Sequence record: MT782071.1
Source of the DNA: Escherichia phage JN02
DNA: 64,000 nt
Direction: 5' to 3' (one strand)
Position 1 is the stretch's first letter; each line of letters opens with the position of its first letter. The notes under the pieces were generated by a model. It ran no database searches, was not told the origin of the DNA, and saw only the letters and a program-made list of their open reading frames with translations. Positions 23,353 through 34,154 of the stretch are shown here, in pieces. The translations under genes were made by a program, and so were the position numbers.

Positions 23353-24521
23353 CAGTATTCCAACGTCCAGGATATCCTAACTTAAGCGTTAAATTATACC
23401 AAGATTATTCGGCTTGGCAAGAAAATAGATACGTTGAACTCGCAGCAACAATAACAACTTTAACCATGCGAGATTCGCTATATGGAAGAAATGAAGGGAT
23501 TCTTCAATTTTATGACACTAAAAACATCCACACTAAAATGGACGGTAGACAGATAGTCCAAATCTCTGTTTCAAATTCAAACACACCTCTCCAAGTTAGA
23601 ACTCGAATTTACGGATGTAGACATTATTCTGTGTCTGTGGACTCAAAAGGTGACAATATTATTGCAATTGAGCTTGGAACAATACATTCTATAGAGAACC
23701 TTAAATTTGGGCGACCATTCTTCTCAGACGCAGGAGAATCTATACGTGAAATGTTAGGTGTCATATATAAAGACCGTACGTTAATTACTCCGCCAATAAA
23801 CACTATTAACGCTTATGTTCCTGATATTCCTTGGACAAGCACATTTGATGATTATTTGGCATATGTCAGAGAATTAGGACTTGCTACAGCGAGTGATAAG
23901 TTCGTATTCGTATGGCAAGATATTTTAGGCGTAAACATGATTGACTATGATACTCTTATTGGTCAGGAAGGCATTAAGATGATTGTAGGCGAGCCAAATA
24001 CTGTAGGTCAGTATATTCAAGAGCTTGAGTATCCATTAGTATGGGATTTCACCTGGATGACTAAAGCTAACCAATTTACAAGAGACCCTATTAAAAACGC
24101 CACGATATTCGCTCATTCATTTTTAGATACATCTATTCCGGTTATTGTTACAGGTGATGGTGATAATGCTATTCTTGTGTCAAGATCTGGTGGATATTCC
24201 GAAATGACCTATCGTAATGGATTTGAAGAAGCAAGTCGTCTTCAGACAATGGCTCAATATGATGGATATGCTAAATGCACTACTACAGGTAATTTTAACA
24301 TAACGCCTGCTACTAAAATTATATTTGTTGACCAAAAGAACCAATTCAAATCCGAATTTTACGTCGATGAAGTTATTCATGAGTTATCAAATAATAACTC
24401 ACAAACTCATCTGTACATGTTTACCAACTCAATGGTGTTAGAACCTGTTAACCCAGTTAAGGTTAAAAATGAACTTAAATCTGATTCTACCTCTAAAGAA
24501 AATAATTCTACCACAGTCTAA
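23349..24521 (+). CDS. 27: baseplate hub protein gp27
   Basis: 390 aa (T4 gp27 391 aa); synteny. Confidence 0.9.
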   Translation: MTVFQRPGYPNLSVKLYQDYSAWQENRYVELAATITTLTMRDSLYGRNEGILQFYDTKNIHTKMDGRQIVQISVSNSNTPLQVRTRIYGCRHYSVSVDSKGDNIIAIELGTIHSIENLKFGRPFFSDAGESIREMLGVIYKDRTLITPPINTINAYVPDIPWTSTFDDYLAYVRELGLATASDKFVFVWQDILGVNMIDYDTLIGQEGIKMIVGEPNTVGQYIQELEYPLVWDFTWMTKANQFTRDPIKNATIFAHSFLDTSIPVIVTGDGDNAILVSRSGGYSEMTYRNGFEEASRLQTMAQYDGYAKCTTTGNFNITPATKIIFVDQKNQFKSEFYVDEVIHELSNNNSQTHLYMFTNSMVLEPVNPVKVKNELKSDSTSKENNSTTV

Positions 24522-25002
24522 TAAAAAGGTAATGATTCCTAAATTAGGGCTCAAACATTATAATCTTTTAAAGGACGTTAAAGGTCCTGACGAAAACATG
24601 AAAATCTTAGCCGATTCTATTTGTAAAAATATGAGTCCTGCAGATTTTGATTTTGCATGTCTACACATATTGGAATTTAATAACAAACTTAAGTCTGAAG
24701 TTGAAAAAGACGGATTCACTTATAAACTAGATGACGTCTATGTATGCCAACGAACAGAATTCCAATTTCAAGGTAATACTTTTTATTTTAGACCCCCAGG
24801 CAAATTTGAACAATTCGCTACAATCAGTGAAATGCTATCAAATTGCTTAATAAAAGTTAATGACGAAGAGAAAGAAATTTCTTTCCTTGAGATGCCTGCT
24901 TTTGTAATCAAATGGGCAGAAGACCTTTCGACAACTATTGCTATTCCAGGCCCTAATGGCCCTATTAAGGGTATAGCAGAAATTATTGGATTGCTTGAAT
25001 GA
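24469..25002 (+). CDS. 28: baseplate hub distal protein gp28
   Basis: 177 aa; an alternative ATG at about 24532 with its own RBS would give 156 aa and remove the overlap with gene 27. Confidence 0.8.
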   Translation: MNLNLILPLKKIILPQSNKKVMIPKLGLKHYNLLKDVKGPDENMKILADSICKNMSPADFDFACLHILEFNNKLKSEVEKDGFTYKLDDVYVCQRTEFQFQGNTFYFRPPGKFEQFATISEMLSNCLIKVNDEEKEISFLEMPAFVIKWAEDLSTTIAIPGPNGPIKGIAEIIGLLE

Positions 25003-26771
25003 AACCTGAAGAAATGAAATCCATGCGTAGAAATAAGGTCATTGCCGATAATAAACCACAAAAAGTAGCTGCAACAGCAGCTACTGATTCATTAGAAGCA
25101 TTGAATGACATTTCATCAAAACTAGACGATGTCCAAGCCGCGTCTGAACTCACATCACAAAGTGTAGAAGATAAAGGCAATGGAATTATTGAATCAATTG
25201 GAGACTTAAAGAATTCGACAGATAATACTGCTGAAGGCACAGAGCTTATCGCAGAAGTTATTGAAAAACAAACTGAAGTCGCTAAAAGTATAAACGAAGT
25301 TTCTAGTGCAATAAGCTCTAAGTTAGACCGATTAGCTACATTATTAGAGCAAAAATTACAAACATCTACCGCTATTCAAAATACAGGAGGCACCTCTCTT
25401 GAAGTAATTGAGAACGCAATACCTGTTAAAGTGGTTGAGAATGAAACTTCTGATGAGCTGTTTAAAGCATTACCTACACCTGAAAAGATTGATAATAAGC
25501 CAGACGAAGATTTCTTCCCAACCCCGGTTCAAGAAAGTGCTAATTCTACTTCCGATTCTAAAGGTGGAATTAGCTTTAAATTGAGCGATAAAATTGCAAT
25601 GCTCACCAAAACAGTTCAAACCGGGTTTAATAAATCAATATCAATTTCAGACAGAATTGCTGGAATGCTTTTCAAATACACTATAACGGCTGCTATTGAA
25701 GCAGCAAAAATGGCCGCACTTATTCTTGGTATTGTTATCGGTATTGATTTATTGATAGTCCATTTCAAATATTGGACAGACAAGTTCACTTCTGCCTGGG
25801 ATTTATTTGATGAAAACTTTACTAAATTCTCCGATGAAGCTAAAGAGTGGGGTAAATTCTTAAGTGATATATTCACTTCTATTGACTCGATAAAACAATT
25901 GTGGGAAGCTGGAGACTGGGGTGGTTTAACAGTTGCTATTGTCAAAGGTGTAGGAACAGCATTAATGAACTTAGGCGAACTAATTCAATTAGGAATGGCT
26001 AAACTCTCCGCGTCTATATTGCGTGCTATAGGTTTTGGTGATACCGCAGACGAAATAGAAGGACGTGCTTTAGAAGGATTCCAAGAAACTACTGGGAACA
26101 AATTAAAGAAAGAAGACCAAGAGAAAGTCGCTAAATATCAAATGAAACGTGACGATGGGGAATTAGGAACCGTTTCTAAAGGTCTTGATATGTTACAACG
26201 CGGCAAAACATTCGTTACTAACTGGGTTCGTGGTAATGACAATAAAGAAGAGTTTAGTACAAGCGATGAGCGTGCTGCGGAATCAGCAAAATTAAAAGAG
26301 TTACCTGAAGAGGAGCGTAAAGAGGCGTATATAAAAGCTAATGAAACTCGTGCGGCACTGGTTAGATTTGAGGATTATATCGATAAAATCGATATGACTA
26401 ATCCGGAAAATGCTAAAAACGTCGAGAAGTCTTATGCTGATTTAAGTAAACTTATTAAAGACCCTGAACTTAATAAAACTCCTGTTGTTAAAAAGGAATT
26501 AGATGCTAGATTTGAAAAGCTAAATAATAAAATGGCTGAAGCCAAAAAGGCTCAGACAACAGTTAAGCCTGAATCTTCGACTAAATCTCCGGAAGCAAAA
26601 CAAGTTCAGTCAATAGAGAAAGGACGTGCTTCTGAATCTAAACAACAGCAACCGGTAGCGGCGATTAGTAACACAAATAATGTCGTCAAAAAGAATACCG
26701 TAGTCCAGAATATGACCCCTGTAACAAGTACAACGGCTCCTGGAATTTTCCATGCCACCGGTGTTAATTAA
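24999..26771 (+). CDS. 29: baseplate hub / tail-length tape-measure protein gp29
   Basis: 590 aa, same as T4 gp29; synteny. Confidence 0.85.
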   Translation: MKPEEMKSMRRNKVIADNKPQKVAATAATDSLEALNDISSKLDDVQAASELTSQSVEDKGNGIIESIGDLKNSTDNTAEGTELIAEVIEKQTEVAKSINEVSSAISSKLDRLATLLEQKLQTSTAIQNTGGTSLEVIENAIPVKVVENETSDELFKALPTPEKIDNKPDEDFFPTPVQESANSTSDSKGGISFKLSDKIAMLTKTVQTGFNKSISISDRIAGMLFKYTITAAIEAAKMAALILGIVIGIDLLIVHFKYWTDKFTSAWDLFDENFTKFSDEAKEWGKFLSDIFTSIDSIKQLWEAGDWGGLTVAIVKGVGTALMNLGELIQLGMAKLSASILRAIGFGDTADEIEGRALEGFQETTGNKLKKEDQEKVAKYQMKRDDGELGTVSKGLDMLQRGKTFVTNWVRGNDNKEEFSTSDERAAESAKLKELPEEERKEAYIKANETRAALVRFEDYIDKIDMTNPENAKNVEKSYADLSKLIKDPELNKTPVVKKELDARFEKLNNKMAEAKKAQTTVKPESSTKSPEAKQVQSIEKGRASESKQQQPVAAISNTNNVVKKNTVVQNMTPVTSTTAPGIFHATGVN

Positions 26772-26779
26772 GGATTATT

Positions 26780-27889
26780 ATGATTAGTGTAAAAGAAATA
26801 GTAGTAGATGCAAAGGATTTAAATAAAGCAATCCCAGTCTCAGAAAGTGCTGGGCAAAGCACTAAAACCGAAACAACTACTAAAACTTATGTTGCTCAAT
26901 TTCCTACAGGAAGAGCAGCCGGAAATGACTCCACAGGAGACTTCCAGGTAACAGACCTTTATAAGAATGGATTATTATTTACCGCGTACAATATGTCTGC
27001 ACGCGATTCAGGATCCCTCAGGAATTTACGCCCGGCATATGCCGGCACTTCATCTAATGGTATCATATCAGATTTAACTGATAATGTGAAAGATGCAGTG
27101 ACTAAATTCTCTAATGGGTTGCTTCCTGCTGGAGCTAATAAACCTACTATAAATAAAACTCCTGTTGCTAATATACTTTTGCCACGTTCCAAATCTGATG
27201 TTGATACAACTTCACATCGTTTTAATGATATCGGCGATAGCCTTATTACTAAAGGTGGAGGTACTGCTACGGGTGTTTTAAGTAACATTGCTTCTACTGC
27301 AGTTTTTGGTGCATTAGATTCTATTACTCAAGGGCTTATGGCTGATAATAACGAACAGATTTATACGACTTCTCGTAGTATGTATGGCGGTGCTGAGAAC
27401 CGTACTAAAGTCTTTACATGGGATTTAACTCCGCGTTCAACTGAAGACCTTATGGCTATTATAAACATTTACCAGTATTTTAACTATTTCTCATATGGTG
27501 AGACCGGTAAATCACAGTACGCCCAAGAGATTAAAAGTTATTTAGACGAATGGTACCGTTCAACGTTTATTGAGCCTATGACACCAGATGATGCGGTAAA
27601 AAATAAGACATTGTTTGAAAAGATTACTGCGTCATTAACAAACGTATTAGTTGTAAGCAACCCTACAATTTGGATGGTTAAAAACTTTGGTTATACGTCT
27701 AAATTTGATGGATTAACTGACGTATTTGGCCCATGTCAAATTCAAAGCGTACGTTTTGATAAAACTCCAAATGGACAATTTAATGGTCTCGCTGTTGCTC
27801 CTAACTTACCGTCAACATTTACGTTAGAGATAACAATGCGAGAAATTATTACATTAAACCGTTCTTCACTTTATGCGGGGACTTTCTAA
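26780..27889 (+). CDS. 48: baseplate tail tube cap gp48
   Basis: 369 aa; synteny. Confidence 0.85.
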   Translation: MISVKEIVVDAKDLNKAIPVSESAGQSTKTETTTKTYVAQFPTGRAAGNDSTGDFQVTDLYKNGLLFTAYNMSARDSGSLRNLRPAYAGTSSNGIISDLTDNVKDAVTKFSNGLLPAGANKPTINKTPVANILLPRSKSDVDTTSHRFNDIGDSLITKGGGTATGVLSNIASTAVFGALDSITQGLMADNNEQIYTTSRSMYGGAENRTKVFTWDLTPRSTEDLMAIINIYQYFNYFSYGETGKSQYAQEIKSYLDEWYRSTFIEPMTPDDAVKNKTLFEKITASLTNVLVVSNPTIWMVKNFGYTSKFDGLTDVFGPCQIQSVRFDKTPNGQFNGLAVAPNLPSTFTLEITMREIITLNRSSLYAGTF

Positions 27890-28851
27890 TGTACTCTTTA
27901 GAAGAATTTAATAACCAAGCTATAAATGCAGATTTCCAACGAAACAATATGTTTAGTTGTGTATTTGCTACTACACCATCGACTAAATCATCTTCACTAA
28001 TTTCGTCAATTGGTAGTTTTGCTTATAATAACTTAGGGTTGAATTCTGATTGGTTAGGATTGACTCAAGGTGATATCAATCAGGGCGTAACAACCCTGAT
28101 TACAGCAGGAACACAGAAATTAATTCGAAAATCAGGTGTAAGTAAATATCTGATTGGAGCAATGAGTCAACGTACGGTACAAAGCTTGTTAGGTGAGTTC
28201 ACAGTAGGAGCTTATCTGATAGACTTCTTCAATATGGCATATAATAATACAGGTTTAATGATTTATTCTGTAAAAATGCCTGAGAACCGATTATCTTATG
28301 AAACGGATTTCAACTATAACTCACCGAACATCCGAATTACCGGTCGTGAAATGGACCCGTTAGTAATAAGCTTTAGAATGGATTCTGAGGCATCTAACTT
28401 TAGAGCAATGCAAGACTGGGTAAACTCAGTCCAAGACCCTGTAACAGGTCTTCGTGCTTTACCACAAGACGTCGAAGCAGATATTCAGGTTAATTTACAT
28501 GCACGAAATGGTTTACCACATACCGCTGTCATGTTCACCGGATGTATTCCTGTTAGTGTCTCTTCTCCTGAGTTAACGTATGATGGTGATAATCAGATAA
28601 CAGTTTTTGATGTAACATTTGCTTATCGCGTTATGCAATCAGGTGCTGTAAATAGACAGGCTGCTTTAGAATGGCTGGAATCAGGACTTATTAGTAGTGT
28701 TTCAGGAATGTTTGGAAATAATCAGAATGATTCTGGTCTAGGAAGCGCAGTATCAAGACTTTCTAGATTAGGTGGGACTGCTGGAGGTGTGTCTAATATA
28801 AACACATTGACAGGTGTGGTGAATTCTGCGTCAAGAGTTTTAGGACTATAA
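27889..28851 (+). CDS. 54: baseplate tail tube initiator gp54
   Basis: 320 aa, same as T4 gp54; synteny. Confidence 0.85.
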   Translation: MYSLEEFNNQAINADFQRNNMFSCVFATTPSTKSSSLISSIGSFAYNNLGLNSDWLGLTQGDINQGVTTLITAGTQKLIRKSGVSKYLIGAMSQRTVQSLLGEFTVGAYLIDFFNMAYNNTGLMIYSVKMPENRLSYETDFNYNSPNIRITGREMDPLVISFRMDSEASNFRAMQDWVNSVQDPVTGLRALPQDVEADIQVNLHARNGLPHTAVMFTGCIPVSVSSPELTYDGDNQITVFDVTFAYRVMQSGAVNRQAALEWLESGLISSVSGMFGNNQNDSGLGSAVSRLSRLGGTAGGVSNINTLTGVVNSASRVLGL

Positions 28852-28852
28852 G

Positions 28853-28880
28853 AAAAAAGGGAGACGTTGTCTCCCTTTAG
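28853..28880. terminator. terminator hairpin GGGAGAC-GUU-GUCUCCC between convergent genes
   Basis: A-run, 7-bp stem, T-rich 3' side; between the gene 54 stop and the stop of the minus-strand ORF. Confidence 0.7.
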
Positions 28881-28884
28881 GGGT

Positions 28885-29178
28885 TTATTTACGGAATGAA
28901 AGGAATGCTGGTGCTCGGAATGGAGTATCATCTTTAGAGTATTTAACTAATACGACCATTGGTACCTCTGTTTCTAAATGACCTGTCACTACACCGATAA
29001 AAATTTGATCGGTGTGTTCAGGGTCACGAAAGTTTTTAAGAGGTTCCATAGCAATATGGAATGCACCTGGGAATACTCGATTCAATTCGTCAATCACAGC
29101 TTCGTTAAAAACATCATCCGCTGGGATAGCATCTTCAACTACTAGTTCTTGACCATTAAAGCGAAGCATAGATTTCAT
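28885..29178 (-). CDS. hypothetical protein (97 aa from the internal ATG MKSML...)
   Basis: GAGGA RBS before the internal ATG; an early promoter sits inside the upstream extension, so the longer ORF is unlikely to be translated. Confidence 0.5.
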   Translation of the reverse strand: MKSMLRFNGQELVVEDAIPADDVFNEAVIDELNRVFPGAFHIAMEPLKNFRDPEHTDQIFIGVVTGHLETEVPMVVLVKYSKDDTPFRAPAFLSFRK

Positions 29179-29207
29179 AACGTTTTCCTCATGTTGTTGA
29201 TGGGATG

Positions 29208-29238
29208 ATAGTATCACACATCCATGTGTTTGTAAACT
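29208..29238 (-). promoter_or_regulatory. T4 early-type promoter (GTTTACA, 17 nt, TGaTACTAT)
   Basis: Minus-strand aGTTTACAaacacatggatgtgTGATACTATcat, overlapping the alt stop codon. Confidence 0.6.
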
Positions 29239-31324
29239 ATCCTTGGACAAATTTAAACGGAACTGATTCTAAATCCATTAAAGATGCTAACAATTTCAAT
29301 CCTTTAGGAGCACTAGTTTTTTCTACAAATGAGGAGAACGATACCGGCTCATCTGATTCGATTTCACCCGTCATAGCAACCACCTCGCCTGTTTCCATGA
29401 GAACATCACCATCGTAAATGACAGCTTCGTCCAACTGGTCCGAGGACATGACTTCAGCTTGAATAAATTTAAGGTTGGATTCTAAACCTGCACCAGTGTC
29501 AGATGACGCATCTGTAATTTTATTTATCTGCAAGAGAATGCCTCTAGGCAAAATAATTTCTTGCTCATTAGGGTGATTACTCAACTGGCCGGGATAAATC
29601 ACGTTAACTTTATGGGCGCCATCAATAGCCCATCCAACGTTAACACGGATTTGTTCTGGTGCATGCATAGCTGTTCTTACTTGGCTAGGAGAAATAGTAA
29701 CACCTTCGTCATTATTATCAATGTTAAGCTCTTTGCGAACTTCTTCAGGAGCAAGTCCAAGGGCAACGTTCTCTTTAAACCCACCGAAAATAATAGGAGC
29801 TAGTGAAGTGGAAACATAGTTTCTGAAGTAGAATACCTTATTTTTAACCATTGCTTCGTAAATAGGCATTCTGATAGACTGAGCTCTATATAACGTTAGT
29901 CCTTCAGGTAAACGATCTCCATTTAAAAACGCTGAATCAAGACCATCAATAGCGCGTTTAACTTCATCTTCATCTGCAACATCGTAAAAATCTGGTTTAT
30001 AACGACCTAACAACATATTATTAATATCGATATATGCAGAAGAGGCATATTCACGAATAGCTCGTTTTTCAGCAACAGAGTATTGTTTAGGGTCCCGATT
30101 CATTGTTATATTAAAGGTGCCTCTAGCCGATTCTCGTGCATAAGTATACATCACATTAGACAAGAACGCTGATTTACGTTGTTTCCAAGTTCTTTCAGAT
30201 ACTTCAGCTAAAACGTCGTCGGGCAGTTGGAAATTATCACGTCTAAAATCTTCAAACCATTCGTCTTTAATAGAGTCTGCAATTTCATTTGCAGCTTCAA
30301 CAAAAGCAGCTAATGCTTTAACAGATGTTGTTTTTTCTGTTTTAATTTTCTTAGCAAACTTTTCTAAAGTTGGCTTAATAACACCACCATAAGAAACTTC
30401 ATCAGCAAATCTAAAGGATTCATCAATACGATTATAAATCTTATTTTCGATATCAGCAACTAAAGTGCCTTTTGCTGTGGACGATGCTTGGGCTAGTACG
30501 ATTTCATATGCTTCAGGAAGTAATTCGGCCGTAGCTGGGCCACTAACTTCTTTAGCAGAATTTTCGTATTTCTGGAATAACTCACCTTCTTGGCGGTCAG
30601 CTTCTAAAGATTGACTTGCTGCAATAGCACGACGAGAAATTTTAGTACGAGCAATAACAGGCTTATCTTTACGTTTTTCTTCTACAGCAGCAATAGAACC
30701 AGCAATAGCCGTTTCTTTGGTGACCTTTTCGCCAGTCTTTTTACTCACATAAACTTCGCCAACATCAGAATCTACTTTCGTGTACAACTCTGTGTTAATG
30801 TTAGGGATGCCTTTAATATCTTCAATGTTGGCATTTTTACGGACCATCATCACATAGGTGTGTTTACCTGTGAATTGATACATTGCCGACAATACTTTAA
30901 AACGACCACCGGTTTTAGTAGAAACTAAACGAGCAAGAAGAGTTTGAAGTTGCTGTCCGCGTCCTTTCAATTTCTTGGTAGGGAATCGGAACAGAACTGC
31001 ATCCATACGAAGAGCTTTAACCTGCTCATATACTGTATTGAAAATGGTGTTGATTGCATCAATAGGAGCAGGACCAAGGCCATTTTTCAATTCAGCGAGA
31101 TTACCCTTTTCAGACAGACTCATAATAACAACATGAGCGTATTTGTCGCCAAGTTTAACTTGTTTTACAGCATCGCCTTCAGAAAGGTAAGAGAATAAGC
31201 GAACTACGATGTTTGTATCAACATCACCAATTTTCCAGACTTGTGGAACTTTAGCTTTAGGGTTCAAATTGACGACAGGAAGACTGCCTTCAGATTCAAA
31301 CACTTCATTTAATTGTTCGGACAT
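29237..31324 (-). CDS. alt: Alt-like ADP-ribosyltransferase (capsid-packaged)
   Basis: 695 aa (T4 Alt about 682 aa); C-terminal half carries R (LYRAQS), STS (YVSTSL) and Q/ExE (EQEIILPRG) motifs of an R-S-E ADP-ribosyltransferase. Confidence 0.8.
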   Translation of the reverse strand: MSEQLNEVFESEGSLPVVNLNPKAKVPQVWKIGDVDTNIVVRLFSYLSEGDAVKQVKLGDKYAHVVIMSLSEKGNLAELKNGLGPAPIDAINTIFNTVYEQVKALRMDAVLFRFPTKKLKGRGQQLQTLLARLVSTKTGGRFKVLSAMYQFTGKHTYVMMVRKNANIEDIKGIPNINTELYTKVDSDVGEVYVSKKTGEKVTKETAIAGSIAAVEEKRKDKPVIARTKISRRAIAASQSLEADRQEGELFQKYENSAKEVSGPATAELLPEAYEIVLAQASSTAKGTLVADIENKIYNRIDESFRFADEVSYGGVIKPTLEKFAKKIKTEKTTSVKALAAFVEAANEIADSIKDEWFEDFRRDNFQLPDDVLAEVSERTWKQRKSAFLSNVMYTYARESARGTFNITMNRDPKQYSVAEKRAIREYASSAYIDINNMLLGRYKPDFYDVADEDEVKRAIDGLDSAFLNGDRLPEGLTLYRAQSIRMPIYEAMVKNKVFYFRNYVSTSLAPIIFGGFKENVALGLAPEEVRKELNIDNNDEGVTISPSQVRTAMHAPEQIRVNVGWAIDGAHKVNVIYPGQLSNHPNEQEIILPRGILLQINKITDASSDTGAGLESNLKFIQAEVMSSDQLDEAVIYDGDVLMETGEVVAMTGEIESDEPVSFSSFVEKTSAPKGLKLLASLMDLESVPFKFVQG

Positions 31325-31379
31325 AGTGTTTTCCTTTTAGTAATAATTTATATTTATGCCAAAAAGAGCCCGAAGGCTC

Positions 31380-31568
31380 TTAATCTACAATCGGGAGCAA
31401 AGTACGATAAACTTCAAAATTAGGGCCTTTTTCGTACTTATCAAAATTGTCCATAAAAATATGATAGGAATCGTTATTAGGAAAATCTAATACAATTTGG
31501 GAACAAGAGGTGGAAACATTGCGTCCATCTTTATTAGCGACAACTACTGTTTCTAAATAAGCTTTCAT
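31380..31568 (-). CDS. hypothetical protein (about 62 aa from internal ATG)
   Basis: The track ORF starts inside gene 30; an internal ATG begins just after the ligase stop. Confidence 0.35.
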   Translation of the reverse strand: MKAYLETVVVANKDGRNVSTSCSQIVLDFPNNDSYHIFMDNFDKYEKGPNFEVYRTLLPIVD

Positions 31569-31569
31569 A

Positions 31570-33063
31570 TTATAGACCAGTTTGAGACCAATCACCAAAT
31601 ACATCTTCAAATGAATCGGCCTCTGTTTTATCGAAACGCCAACCTTTAATAGTTGGAAGGAAAATACCTACAGTGCCTTCACGTCCTTTAGAATGAACCC
31701 AACCATTGCATTCACAATCAGCAATACGTCCAATCAATTTACCTTCACGAGCTTCAGACATTAATCGTTCGCGGTCCAAATCATGACGCTCATCTAAAGG
31801 AATAAGAACCTTTACACCATCAACTGTTTTATGAGTTGTATCTTTAAACCCTGAACCACAATCAGTTGTAATACGACGACAACGTGATACGAGTTCGACA
31901 CCACCTAATTTGTTAGGGTCTTTAGAGTGTTCATAGTATCCTACAACTTCTAAAGCGATATCAATAACTTCTTTAAATTTAATTAGGTTCTTAGAGCGTT
32001 TGTTTTCCCAATATGAATCACGGTTTTTAAGGATAATACCTTCAAGACCTTGGTCAACGTATTTTTTATAAACCACTTTAGCTTCGTCAAGATTACGAAC
32101 TAACTGATTTTCAATTGGCTCAATTCGCTTAAAGCCTTCAGCCATATTTTCAAGAGCAGCAAAACGAACATCGTATTTCTGACCTTTAATTTTGCCTTCA
32201 GAATAAACTTCATCCAATGGAACATAGTCCCAGGCTTGAAGAACCATACCTTCCGCTTCTTTAGGAGAAATAGTCCCTTGAAGAGATTTATTTGCTAAAC
32301 CATTTGAAGTGCTACGGTCTGCAACTTGTACTTCTTCGGATTCTTCATTATCACCAAATAAGAACGACAGATCATTTCCTGAGCTCACAGCCTTTTTAAT
32401 ATCGAATGAATGATAAACTAATTCACCGTCGATTAAAACCCCATTAGGGTGTCTTTCACGAGCTTCTTTAGTCATTTCCATTAGTTCATCAGCTAATAGA
32501 GTAAGACCATGGTATTCGTTACCTGCGCGAGAAAAGAATTGAACACCATCATCGCGAACTTCGGCGAAACAACGAGCACCATCTGCTTTTAATTGGGCAA
32601 ATGCAGGCCATTTAATATTTTTAGTAATCAATTTCTCATCATATGCAGATGCTAACATCTGTGGTTGCAATTGAATAAGTCCAGGCCACACCTTATTCGC
32701 GATAGACACTGAAGCACCTACTTCAAGGTCGCGCATCATTACACGACGAAGGACTTCTACATCATCAGGTTTACCGTCCGCAATATAACCCATGAGCTCT
32801 TTAATTGCAGCATTACCAGTGAGTTTACGAGTAGCTAATGTGAACTCAATAAAATCCAACATGTCATCTAATTCAAGAAGTCCATACGCTTGAGACCTTT
32901 CACCCGGTCCTGGCCATTTCTTAATATAATACTGGATACCACGTGCATATGTTAAACGATACACACGTTCAAGTAATTTGTTGTCCTTATTTTTCTTAAG
33001 GATTTCTTGTTTTGTTTTAGTAGAACCGATCGCAGCTATTTGGTTTAAAATATCTAAAATCAT
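31570..33063 (-). CDS. 30: ATP-dependent DNA ligase
   Basis: 497 aa; N-terminus MILDILNQIAAIGSTKTKQEILKKNKDNKLLERVYRLTYARGIQYYIKKWPGPG matches T4 ligase; KADGAR adenylation motif. Confidence 0.97.
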   Translation of the reverse strand: MILDILNQIAAIGSTKTKQEILKKNKDNKLLERVYRLTYARGIQYYIKKWPGPGERSQAYGLLELDDMLDFIEFTLATRKLTGNAAIKELMGYIADGKPDDVEVLRRVMMRDLEVGASVSIANKVWPGLIQLQPQMLASAYDEKLITKNIKWPAFAQLKADGARCFAEVRDDGVQFFSRAGNEYHGLTLLADELMEMTKEARERHPNGVLIDGELVYHSFDIKKAVSSGNDLSFLFGDNEESEEVQVADRSTSNGLANKSLQGTISPKEAEGMVLQAWDYVPLDEVYSEGKIKGQKYDVRFAALENMAEGFKRIEPIENQLVRNLDEAKVVYKKYVDQGLEGIILKNRDSYWENKRSKNLIKFKEVIDIALEVVGYYEHSKDPNKLGGVELVSRCRRITTDCGSGFKDTTHKTVDGVKVLIPLDERHDLDRERLMSEAREGKLIGRIADCECNGWVHSKGREGTVGIFLPTIKGWRFDKTEADSFEDVFGDWSQTGL

Positions 33064-33329
33064 TTGATGTCCTCGATTTTGGTTACGGTTCTATTATAAG
33101 CCACTTCATCTAGAAGCGATTTCAGCGTTTTCTGATAAGTGGTAATCCATTTACCGAGACCTTCAACATAATATTCTGAAATGTAGATGAACCCTTGTTC
33201 AACACACTCTTTAAATATTTCTGCGTCTTTTACTGAACGAAACACTGGCCAATCTCGAAAGAACATGTTAACGTGGCCGTAGTCACGCGTTGTGTTTTTG
33301 CCATCTGTAATATCATGAACTACAAACAT
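33060..33329 (-). CDS. hypothetical protein (89 aa; 30.1 position)
   Basis: 4-nt overlap coupling with gene 30. Confidence 0.5.
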   Translation of the reverse strand: MFVVHDITDGKNTTRDYGHVNMFFRDWPVFRSVKDAEIFKECVEQGFIYISEYYVEGLGKWITTYQKTLKSLLDEVAYNRTVTKIEDIK

Positions 33330-33338
33330 AATTAACCC

Positions 33339-34154
33339 TTAACAATTTATAGACCAAGTCCATTTGGACGAATCTAAAGGAAAGTTTTGAATCGTCCACC
33401 ATGGCTGCATATCGGTTGGTCCTTGGGTTCGCCAGGTATACGGATTCGACGGAGCACCAATTTGATTAGGCCATGCGCCTGGACTTGTTGTACCAGATTC
33501 TTTAAGCAAATCTGCCAATCGTTTTAAAAGGTCTTCACGATCTGAATCTGAATTATGCTCTGGTGGAACCAAACGAGATTCAATATCATCCCACGTGTGT
33601 ACACGTTGTGCAGTACGAGGAATGGCATCACGTTCACCACGAGCCAACCAATAAATCGGTACATTAAGAATTTCTGCTGCATGGTCACAGTGATGAGCTA
33701 AATCGTCAACGTAACAAATCACGTTATATTTTGTTTTAGCTAGTTCGAATAATTGTTCCTTTGAAGAATCATGTCCACACATCATTACTTCAGAAAAGGC
33801 GCCTGGGAACAAAGCATTCAAATTAAATTGTCTATTCAATCGAGCATCAATTGAATCACCTAGCGCCGTCACGGCTACAAAATTATAGTTTTCTTTTAGT
33901 TTATTGATAACTCGAAGAGCATCCGAATAAGGCGCTAAGTAACGAATAAAATCAGAGCGATTATATTTTTCTATTAATTGTTTACCGAGATTATCGTCGG
34001 TATTGAATAGTTTACCAGGAGAAATAAATTTTTCGTCCTGAATCATTTTTAAAATATGTTCTAATGGAAGATTATATTTTTGGGCAAAATAAGGAAGTCC
34101 AGATTGCCAGCTTAAACATACACCATCAATGTCAGTCAAAATAGTAGGCTTCAT
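33339..34154 (-). CDS. HAD-superfamily hydrolase-like protein (30.2 position) with Trp-rich C-terminal extension
   Basis: N-terminal ILTDIDGV (HAD motif I, DxDG) and YVDDLAHH (motif IV DD). Confidence 0.55.
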   Translation of the reverse strand: MKPTILTDIDGVCLSWQSGLPYFAQKYNLPLEHILKMIQDEKFISPGKLFNTDDNLGKQLIEKYNRSDFIRYLAPYSDALRVINKLKENYNFVAVTALGDSIDARLNRQFNLNALFPGAFSEVMMCGHDSSKEQLFELAKTKYNVICYVDDLAHHCDHAAEILNVPIYWLARGERDAIPRTAQRVHTWDDIESRLVPPEHNSDSDREDLLKRLADLLKESGTTSPGAWPNQIGAPSNPYTWRTQGPTDMQPWWTIQNFPLDSSKWTWSINC